Assembly (NCBI GenBank): GCA_964016885.1
Contig: OZ024744.1
Location: 136,214,001-136,278,000 of the forward strand
Direction: 5' to 3'
Length of the DNA stretch: 64,000 nucleotides
Source: Eledone cirrhosa
Lineage: Eukaryota
The notes below the pieces were generated by a model. That model had not been told where the DNA came from. It saw only the letters and a program-made list of their open reading frames with translations, and did not search any database. The first letter of the stretch is position 1, and each line of letters opens with the position of its first letter. Below are positions 54,588 to 64,000 of this stretch, in pieces. The position numbers and the translations under genes were made by a program.

Positions 54588-54917
54588 TTATGGAGGATAA
54601 GTATCTGAAAGTGTGTTAAGTTTATATGAGCTGGAAAGCAAGTGTGATTTCATATGTGGGCAACTGGTAAAGATTTCTGTCTTTGTATTTAGGCAGGTTT
54701 TTGGTGATTTAAGGTTTTGTAAAATCCAATATTTTTCATTTATGCAGAGTGTGCATTTTCTTGTTCCTCTTGCATATTCTTTAGATTGGTTCAAAATTGA
54801 CCAATCCAATTTATATTGGATACCTGGGTCTTTCAAATCCCATATTCTGCTAGCCAGAGCTGTTGTGAATCTTTTTTCTGGATGTCGAAAGGATGCGACA
54901 TGTGAGTAATAACGCAT
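54588..54917 (-). mobile_element. Penelope-like element, C-terminal GIY-YIG endonuclease fragment
   Basis: RYYSHVASFRH...T.LASRIWDLK...W.IL...Y..G.RKCTLC..EK..IL...LN.K.EIF.SCPH matches the C-terminal pattern of Penelope/Neptune ORFs as I recall it. Confidence 0.75.
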
Positions 54918-55199
54918 TTTTTTAATATATTTTATATGTCTATTGCATTACCCTTATTTATATATATATATTTTTATATTTCTTGAGGAGACTTTCCAAA
55001 TATATCACTATGTTTTATATTACCTTGTCCGACGAACGAATGAGGACGTTTCTTTCGTATTCGTCTTATTCATTATATATATATATATATATATATAAAG
55101 AATGAATAATAAAACAAGTAGACATCATAAAAAGGTAATTTATTCCGAGTGCTTGCAAATGTTTCTACAGTAACACAGCCTAGTCATGCTCTTCCTAGT

Positions 55200-55771
55200 C
55201 ATATGTTCCGAGGCCATAGTACCTAGATTAAGGACGAGTTGGAAGAAGTTTAGGGAGCTGCTTTCTCTGCTGACAAAGAAAGGTTTCTCCCTACGAACGA
55301 AAGGCCGGTTATATGATGCCTATGTGAGGAGCGTGATGCTGCATGGTGGTGAAACATGGGCAGCAACTACTGAGGATATGCGACGGCTGGAGAGAAATGA
55401 GGCAAGCATGCTCCGTTGGATGTGCAGTGTCAATGTGTGTGAACGACCAAGCATGGATGAGTTGAGAGAGAAACTGTATAAGAGGGGTAAGTTGTAGTGT
55501 GTGGGAGAGAAGACTGAGATGGTACGGACATGTGATGTGCATGGAGGATGACCACTGGGTAAAGAAGTGCCAAAAAATCCCAGTAGAAGGAAGACGTAGC
55601 AGAAGTAGACCATGAAAAACATGGGCGAAGGTGGTGAGAGCAGACCTCAGATCACTAAAACTCACGGAGGAGATGACAAAGGGCTGTGACAAGCGGAGAT
55701 ATGTTGTGCTAAATAAGACCCGTCCCACCCTTGCAAGCAGGGAACAGCGGACGTAAAATGATGATGATGAT
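55200..55771 (+). mobile_element. RTE 3' fragment (third subfamily; source of the SINE's terminal tail)
   Basis: WKKFRELL...HGGETW...LRWMC; ends cgtcccacccttgcaagcagggaacagcggacgtaaaa(tga)n. Confidence 0.85.
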
Positions 55772-55889
55772 TGAATCTGATAAACACTAACCACCTAACT
55801 ACATTATTTTTTCATATCCCTTTCTATTTCCTTTCTTTCTAGAGTGTAAAGGAAGTTAAGGTGTCTCCGAAACTGACCATCCTAACACC

Positions 55890-55994
55890 ATGGCAACAAA
55901 ACGGCCAGCAGTTGATGATACTGGGGCGGCAGGCCCTTCAGACAAGAAACTAACTCGTTTTGACCCTGCAAAGTTAGGCAACATATCTTCCCTT
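55890..55994 (+). CDS. Bre1: E3 ubiquitin ligase Bre1 (RNF20/RNF40 orthologue), first coding exon
   Basis: Acceptor tttctttctag at 55842; acaccATGG Kozak; MATKRPAVDDTGAAGPSDKKLTRFDPAKLGNISSL; donor gtgagt at 55995; phase 0 into the next exon. Confidence 0.8.
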
Positions 55995-56029
55995 GTGAGT
56001 TAAACCATTTTTTTAATTCATATTGCATA

Positions 56030-56652
56030 CTAGCAGTGGTACCCGGCATTGCACGGGATAAGGTATTTTGGAACGCGGGCCGCCAACAGACCTAAACGTG
56101 GAAAAACTGCATGCCTGGACAATATATAAAGAAAATAAACCGAATACTCTGATGTCTGGATAATCTTTAAGATTTTCCTCGATGAAGCAGGAAAAATGCT
56201 GGTTTTCACCTAATGCAGGCCCTGGGGGATCAAGAAAATGAATTTTTTTAATGTGCATAATATGCCTTGAAATTTCGGGAAAATCGGCTAGACATGACGC
56301 CTCCAAGAAGCCCTAAGAGGCTGAAAAAAATGAAGTTTTTCACCTAATGCGGGCCCTAGGCCATAAGAAAGTTGGATTTTCTTTGCTCACGGTATGAAGA
56401 AGAGACTGACTAATACATAGTTACAATTTCATGGAAATCGGTCTGACGTAACGACTCAAACCCTAATAAGCTGAAAAACGCAGTTTTTCACCTAATGTAG
56501 GCCCTAGGGGATCAAAAAGTTGAAATATGTGCATAACAAGTAATACACATGTAAAGTTTGAAAAAAGTTGGTTGGGTACTTCTCGAGTTTTAGGGATTCA
56601 AACTCGTAGACACACACACACACAAAGACATCCTCAGTTTTATATATATAGA
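56030..56652 (-). mobile_element. Complete non-autonomous Helitron (623 bp) in a Bre1 intron
   Basis: Minus strand A|TCTATATATATAAAAC ... hairpin cccgtgcaatgccggg ... CTAG|T; three ~140-bp internal subrepeats (ttttcacctaatg..ggccct). Confidence 0.8.
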
Positions 56653-56715
56653 TGTCGTGCATGAGGGTTTGTGTCTGTGTGTGTTGGTGTGGGATGTCAT
56701 TATTTCATCATCATT

Positions 56716-56930
56716 AGGGCGGTGGATTGGCAGTATCGGTAGAGGTTCGGACACCATGCTTTGCAGCATAGAGTTACGGCCCTTTATGATCTGAGTTCAA
56801 ATCCCGCCGAGGTTAACTTTGCCTTTCATCCTTACGCGGTCGATAAAATAAAGTACCAGTCACGCACTGGAGTCGATTTAATCGACTTTCCCCTCCCCCA
56901 AAATTGCAGGTCCTGTGCCTATATAAGAAA
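56716..56930 (+). mobile_element. tRNA-derived SINE with Meta-like domain
   Basis: A box tggcagtatcgg, B box gagttcaaatcc, gcctttcatcc...ggtcgataaaataaagtaccag. Confidence 0.7.
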
Positions 56931-57056
56931 CAAATTATTATATCATCATTTTTTCCATGCTTGCTTCGGTTAGAAGGGCGGTAAGTCTTGCCAGGGTTTG
57001 GCCATGTGTCGCACCTTGCTCTGGCAAGGACTGTAAGTTTGGCCGGGTATTTAAGC

Positions 57057-57397
57057 AACCAGTCCACACTGTAAAGTGGTCATGTAGGTGTCACAACAAA
57101 AAGTACCCAGTACACACAGTCAAGTGGTCATGTAGGTGTCACAACAAAAAGTACCCAGTCCACACTGTAAAGTGGTCATGTTGGTGTCACAACAAAAAGT
57201 ACCCAGTACACACTGTAAAGTGGTCATGTAGATGTCACAACAAAATGTACCCAGTACACACTGTAAAGTGGTCATGTAGATGTCACAACAAAATGTACCC
57301 AGTACACACTGTAAAGTGGTCATGTAGGTGTCACAACAAAATGTACCCAGTCCACACTGTAAAGTGGTCATGTAGGTGTCTCAACAAAAAGTACCCA
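57057..57397. repeat. 7-copy 48-bp mini-array related to the large satellite and the RTE 3' UTR
   Basis: aaagtacccagtacacactgtaaagtggtcatgtaggtgtcacaacaa; 37/48 ungapped identity to the satellite monomer by manual alignment. Confidence 0.92.
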
Positions 57398-57402
57398 GAC
57401 TC

Positions 57403-57665
57403 GGTGCTTTTTTGCCGTGGCACCTCCACAACCACTTTACAGTGAGGGCTGGGTGCTTTTTTTCCGTGGCACCTACATGACCACTTTGCAGTGGAATGAT
57501 AGGGACCCCAGTCCCTATCATCTCATTTCTACAGCTGAGTAAACTGGAGCAATGTGAAATAAAGTGTCTTGCTCAAGGAAACAACACATCACCTGGTCTG
57601 AGAATTTAACTCACAACCTTTCGATTACAAGCCCAATGCTCTAACCACTAAGCCATGTGCCTCCA
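57403..57665 (-). mobile_element. CORE-SINE copy 3 (3'-truncated, with two tail units)
   Basis: Reverse complement of 45194-45410; its 5' end lies ~28 nt upstream of a Bre1 acceptor. Confidence 0.85.
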
Positions 57666-57693
57666 TTTTATGTTTTTATATTATTTTTCACAG

Positions 57694-57861
57694 GAAGAGC
57701 TCGATGTCAAGGTCCTTGTCTTCCAAAACAAGAAACTCTGCGAGCGTATTGATCAACGTCGCCTTGCCGAAGACGATCTTCAACGACGTGTTGAGCAACT
57801 GGAGGACAGACAACGTCATGATGATGCCATGTTAATGATTGTGAATCGCTATTGGAATCAG
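57694..57861 (+). CDS. Bre1: Bre1 (RNF20/40) coding exon 2, N-terminal coiled coil
   Basis: ttttcacag|[56 protein letters not shown]|gttagc; matches the RNF20/40 LQFQNKKL...DD..L.IVNRYW.Q motif; 168 nt, phase 0. Confidence 0.92.
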
Positions 57862-58030
57862 GTTAGCGAACACTTTCTTTAGTATCACTGTCGCTGTTAT
57901 CATCTTTTAATGTCCATTTTCCTTGCTATAAAGTAAGAGCCATCTCTGATCATCATCATCATTTAACGTCCATCTTCCACACTAGCAAGGGTAGTACAAT
58001 AATTGCATTTTACATCCATTTAACCATTTA

Positions 58031-60349
58031 CCATTTACATTACTCTATATATACAATCGTATTTTCACAGTAAAGGCTTTACCTCACATAATATCCCACA
58101 TAACATTTACATTACTCTATATATACTATTGTATTTTCACAGTAAAGGCTTTACCTCACATAATATCCCACATAACATTTACATTACTCTATATATACTA
58201 TTGTATTTTCACAGTAAAGGCTTTACCTCACATAATATCTCACATAACATTTACATTACTCTATATATACTATTGTATTTTCACAGTAAAGGCTTTACCT
58301 CACATAATATCCCACATAACATTTACATTACTCTATATATACAATTGTATTTTCACAGTAAAGGCTTTACCTCACATAATATCTCACATAACATTTACAT
58401 TACTCTATATATACTATTGTATTTTCACAGTAAAGGCTTTACCTCACATAATATCCCACATAACATTTACATTACTCTATATATACTATTGTATTTTCAC
58501 AGTAAAGGCTTTACCTCACATAATATCTCACATAACATTTACATTACTCTATATATACTATTGTATTTTCACAGTAAAGGCTTTACCTCACATAATATCT
58601 CACACAACATTTACATTACTCTATATATACTATTGTATTTTCACAGTAAAGGCTTTACCTCACATAATATCTCACATAACATTTACATTACTCTATATAT
58701 ACTATTGTATTTTCACAGTAAAGGCTTTACCTCACATAATATCTCACATAACATTTACATTACTCTATATATACTATTGTATTTTCACAGTAAAGGCTTT
58801 ACCTCACATAATATCCCACATAACATTTACATTACTCTATATATACTATTGTATTTTCACAGTAAAGGCTTTACCTCACATAATATCCCACATAACATTT
58901 ACATTACTCTATATATACTATTGTATTTTCACAGTAAAGGCTTTACCTCACATAATATCCCACATAACATTTACATTACTCTATATATACTATTGTATTT
59001 TCACAGTAAAGGCTTTACCTCACATAATATCTCACATAACATTTACATTACTCTATATATACTATTGTATTTTCACAGTAAAGGCTTTACCTCACATAAT
59101 ATCCCACATAACATTTACATTACTCTATATATACAATTGTATTTTCACAGTAAAGGCTTTACCTCACATAATATCTCACATAACATTTACATTACTCTAT
59201 ATATACTATTGTATTTTCACAGTAAAGGCTTTACCTCACATAATATCCCACATAACATTTACATTACTCTATATATATTATTGTATTTTCACAGTAAAGG
59301 CTTTACCTCACATAATATCTCACATAACATTTACATTACTCTATATATACTATTGTATTTTCACAGTAAAGGCTTTACCTCACATAATATCTCACATAAC
59401 ATTTACATTACTCTATATATACTATTGTATTTTCACAGTAAAGGCTTTACCTCACATAATATCTCACATAACATTTACATTACTCTAGATATGGTATTGT
59501 ATTTTCACAGTAAAGGCTTTACCTCACATAATATCTCACATAACATTTACATTATTCTATACATACTGTTGTATTTTCACAGTAAAGGCTTTACCTCACA
59601 TAATATCTCACATAACATTTACATTACTCTATATATACTATTGTATTTTCACAGTAAAGGCTTTACCTCACATAATATCCCACATAACATTTACATTACT
59701 CTATATATATTATTGTATTTTCACAGTAAAGGCTTTACCTCACATAATATCTCACATAACATTTACATTACTCTATATATACTATTGTATTTTCACAGTA
59801 AAGGCTTTACCTCACATAATATCTCACATAACATTTACATTACTCTAGATATGGTATTGTATTTTCACAGTAAAGGCTTTACCTCACATAATATCTCACA
59901 TAACATTTACATTATTCTATACATACTGTTGTATTTTCACAGTAAAGGCTTTACCTCACATAATATCTCACATAACATTTACATTACTCTATATATACTA
60001 TTGTATTTTCACAGTAAAGGCTTTACCTCACATAATATCTCACATAACATTTACATTACTCTATATATACTACTGTATTTTCACAGTAAAGGCTTTACCT
60101 CACATAATATCTCACATAACATTTACATTACTCTAGATATGCTATTGTATTTTCACAGTAAAGGCTTTACCTCACATAATATCTCACATAACATTTACAT
60201 TATTCTATATATACTATTGTATTTTCACAGTAAAGGCTTTACCTCACATAATATCTCACATAACATTTACATTACTCTATATATACTATTGTATTTCCAC
60301 AGTAAAGGCTTTACCTCACATAATATCTCACATAATATTTACATTACTC
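58031..60349. repeat. 72-bp tandem array (~32 copies) in a Bre1 intron; resumes at 62968-63165
   Basis: Unit ttgtattttcacagtaaaggctttacctcacataatatctcacataacatttacattactctatatatacta; 24-aa periodic ORF. Confidence 0.96.
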
Positions 60350-62967
60350 CAAAAATAAATTCCAAAGCATATTACTTGATGCTTTCGACAGTAAGGAAGA
60401 GCAAATAGAGTCGTACAAGGTAGAGGAACAGTGGGAATTCCTGAAAGCAAACCTGCTGACGGCGACAGACGAAGTCTGTGGCTGGAGCAGGCCTGTAGGC
60501 AGGAGGAGAGTAACATGGTGGTGGAACAGTAAGATGGAGGGGTCAATTAAGGCCAAAAAGCAGGCTTGGAAAGTATGGCGGGATGGGGGAAGCAGAGAAG
60601 ACTATCAAGTGGCCAGGAGGGAAGCTAGGAGACAAGTGTACTTCGCAAGAAGGGAAGCAGAGGAAAGAAAGTTCAAGCATGTTCTACAACGTGAGGACCA
60701 AAAACGTGAGGTGTTCAGGATTGCTAGGCAATGTGTCAAGGAAAACAGTGATATTGTCGGGGAGAAGTGTGTACTTAACGATGATGGCGTACTTGCCATC
60801 ACCGACGCCGATAAGAAGGTAGCTTGGAAGTGTCACTATGAAAGGCTACTCAATGAGGAGAATAAATGGGAGAAAGACAGTCTCCCCCACATCGACCCAA
60901 TAGAGGGACCAGCAGTGTTAGTCGAGGGTAGTATAATAAGTAAGGCAATCAAAGATATGAAGACAGGCAAGGCGGCTGGGCCTTCGGAAATAGTTGCCGA
61001 GATGCTGAAGGCATCTGGCACGGTGGGACACACCATGGTCACCCGCATAGTTAACCAAGTCATACAGAATGGGGTTGTTCCGAAGGACTGGCGTAGCAGC
61101 ATTATCGTTAACTGTTATAAGGGTAAAGGAGATACCCTAGATAGGAGTAACTATAGAGGCATTAAATTAATCGACCAGGTCATGAAGGTCACAGAAAAAG
61201 TAATAGCACAACTAATCAGAGAGAGAATTGATCTAGATGAAATGCAGTTCGGGTTTGTGTCAGGAAAAAGTACCACAGACGCTCTTTTCATTGTACGACA
61301 ACTACAGGAGAAGTACCTAGCTAAAAGTAAACCCCTATACTTAGCTTTTGTCGACTTGGAGAAGGCCTTCGACAGAGTCCCCCGTTCCATTATCTGGTGG
61401 GCTCTTAGAAAACTAGGTGTCGATGAATGGCTTGTGAGAGCTATACAAGCCATGTATAAAGAAACAGTCAGCAAGGTTAGAATTAACAACGAATATAGTG
61501 AAGAGTTTAGTGTAAAAGTTGGTGTTCATCAGGGCTCTGTTCTTAGCCCCCTACTATTTATTATTGCCCTCCAGGCTATAACAGTGGAGTTCAAGACCGG
61601 CTGCCCATGGGAACTCCTATACGCAGATGATCTAACGCTCATAGCTGAATCAATGGCCGAGCTAGAGAAGAAATTCCAAACATGGAAGCACGGGCTAGAA
61701 TCAAAAGGCCTTAAAATTAACCTGGCTAAGACTAAAGTTCTAGTTTGTAAGAAAGAAAATAAGGCGGCGGTCCCCTCCGGGAAGTGGCCATGCGCAGAGT
61801 GTAGGAAAGGCGTAGGTAGAAATTCCATTTTGTGTCCCAAATGCAAAGTTTGGGTTCATAAAAGATGTAGTGGGATCACAGGTAAGCTAACTAAGAAGAT
61901 AGATTTTACATGTGGCCGGTGTTCTGGGGCAATAAGTAGCAGCAAGTGCCCACAAAATACTAGCTCTTTCAACTGCGCAGAGGGTTCTATAGAAATAGTG
62001 GACAGCTTCCGTTACCTGGGTGACAAAATCAGCAGTGGGGGAGGGTGCTCTGAAAGTACAGTAGCTAGAGTCAGAACTGGGTGGAAAAAGTTCAGACAGC
62101 TTATACCACTATTAGCCGCTAAAGGGTTCTCTCTAAAAGTGAAAGGCAGATTATATGATGCCTGCATACGAACAGCAATGTTGCATGGCAGTGAGACCTG
62201 GGCATTGTGTGCAGAGGATATACGCAGACTAGAGAGAAACGAAGCTTGCATGCTCCGCTGGATGTGTAATAGTAATATACGTGAACGACAAAGCATAAAC
62301 GAACTAAGGAAAAAATTAGAAATAAGAGGGATCAGATGTTGTTTACTCGAGAGAAGGCTACGTTGGTATGGTCACGTGATGCGCATGAAGGACGATAGCT
62401 GTATAACAAAGTGCAGGGCAATAAAGATAGACGGTAGCCACTGAATAGGCAGACCCAGAAAAACCTGGGACGAGCTGATAAACTCCGACCTCACACACTT
62501 ACACCTCACCAAGACAATGTCACTGGACCGAGACCTTTGGCGGTACTCAGTAATAGAGAAGACCCGCCTTACCTAAATACAAAGTAAAACCTACTACAGT
62601 CAGTAGGCATCTCTAACAAAATACACCCCCGTCCCACCACCCCCACCCCATCCACACCGCCCCCCCTTCTATGTAAAGTTATGTTGGTGCCACACCATCC
62701 AGGCCGAAACAAATGAGATCGTGTAGGTGTCACGACAAAAAAAAAACACAGTCCACGCTGTAATGTGGCCGTGTAGGCAACACGGTAAAAACCTCCCAGA
62801 CCCACACTGTAAATGTGGTTGGTGTTAGGAAGGGCATCCAACTGTAGAAAACCTGCCAGACAGTCCTATGCGAGCAAGACAATCACTCTTGCCTCAGGTG
62901 GGAAAACCCCCGTCCAAACCCATGCAAGCGTGGAACACGGACGTTAAACGATGATGATGATGATGAT
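60350..62967 (+). mobile_element. Young 5'-truncated RTE LINE inserted into the 72-bp array
   Basis: 636-aa ORF with a full RT and PHD-like finger; one GGA>TGA nonsense change at 62442 relative to other copies; 3' UTR and (GAT)n tail. Confidence 0.95.
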
Positions 62968-63199
62968 ATTGTATTTTCACAGTAAAGGCTTTACCTCACA
63001 TAATATTTACATTACTCTATATATACTATTGTATTTTCACAGTAAAGGCTTTACCTCACATAATATCTCACATAACATTTACATTACTCTATATATACTA
63101 TTGTATTGTCACAGTAAAGGTTTTACCTCACATAATATCTCATATAACATTTAGATTACTCTATCGACCCCATTTAATTTAATTTTATTTTATTTTCAG

Positions 63200-63263
63200 C
63201 TTGATGAAGATGTTCGCGTGTTATTACAACGGTTTGATGCAGAAACTGCTGATGATTCTGATG
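63200..63263 (+). CDS. Bre1: Bre1 (RNF20/40) coding exon 3
   Basis: ttttattttcag|LDEDVRVLLQRFDAETADDSD(G)|gtaaat; continues YWNQ-LDEDVR in frame; the gene continues beyond the window. Confidence 0.88.
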
Positions 63264-63309
63264 GTAAATTATCTGTTTAAACCCTCAACATCTCTATAAA
63301 ACTGTTTAA

Positions 63310-64000
63310 CCCTTTAGTGTTCAAACTGCCCAAAACCAGCCGAAAGCACCCACACTAAAATATTGTTCTAAAAATAAACAAACTATCATCAAACTCTCGT
63401 CAATTTGAGATTACTGCGAGATTAGGCCCTTACCACGAAAATTAACACTTAATATAGTGAAACAACTTAAAACAAAGTGTTTTTTTAACGTTGAAAGTAG
63501 AACAGATTTTTTTGTGTATCAACATGGCTTGTGAAAGTAGCGATACTGACTTTGAAGGTTTTACACACGACAACATTCAGAATAAACAAGAAACAAAAGA
63601 TAATATTAGTGATTTATCTTCAAATGTTTACATTACTGAAATTTCATCCGACGATGATCGTTTTGAAAGTGAAAATGGAGGAGATCTCCAGGGCGCCATT
63701 GAAAATATTACAACAACGTGGTTGAAAAATAGCACACTAATATATGGTCCTGATTTTATTCAAAATACTGTTCCACAACACATTAGGTCCCGATGCTAAA
63801 GCACTGGATTATTTCTTTTTGTTTTTACCACAAACTTTCTTCGAAGTTGTGGCAGAAAAGATTAATCGATATACCCAACAACAGATTTCAAATCAAGGAA
63901 AACCTGATCTGTTTGGCGACCAACAGATGCTGCGGAAATGCAAGCATTTTTTACCGTAAATATTATGTTCGGTATAAAACAATTTCCAAGACTGTGGAAT
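63310..64000 (+). mobile_element. piggyBac-family transposon, left end with frameshifted transposase (PGBD4-like)
   Basis: TTAA|CCCTTT terminus; acidic N-terminus SDTDFEGF...; ALDYFFLFL...VA..INRY..Q; WRPTDAAEMQAFF..NIMFGIK..P across frameshifts. Confidence 0.85.

Noticed and set aside
58129-60408. 759-aa ORF of 24-aa repeats
   Set aside because: It is a translation of the intronic 72-bp array, with a non-ATG start, running into an RTE insertion.

Overview
Eukaryotic, AT-rich, repeat-dominated animal DNA. It is most likely an octopus or other cephalopod, inferred from (TA)n tracts, (GAT)n-tailed RTE LINEs and tRNA-derived CORE and Meta SINEs; this is not proven. 1.69-22.1 kb is a ~20.5-kb satellite of ~425 48-bp monomers, with an orientation switch at ~2.5 kb and a nested higher-order structure (~3.0-3.8-kb units, ~6.7-kb super-period). 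The monomer aligns without gaps to a 7-copy mini-array at 57.1 kb and resembles a ~48-bp unit found in 1-3 copies in the 3' UTR of the local RTE LINEs and their SINEs, so the window seems to hold several stages of satellite birth from a LINE tail. 22-55 kb is a nest of retroelements and DNA elements (RTE, Tx1/L1, CR1, Penelope, Helitron, long-TIR MITE, hAT, pogo) with local inverted duplications. The main RTE family carries a PHD-like C4HC3 zinc finger inserted inside its RT domain. The only confidently identified host gene is Bre1/RNF20/40 (H2B ubiquitin ligase), with three + strand coding exons at 55.9, 57.7 and 63.2 kb. Its introns hold a Helitron, SINEs, a 72-bp array interrupted by an RTE, and a piggyBac. 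All calls were made by eye, with no database searches; repeat boundaries are approximate.
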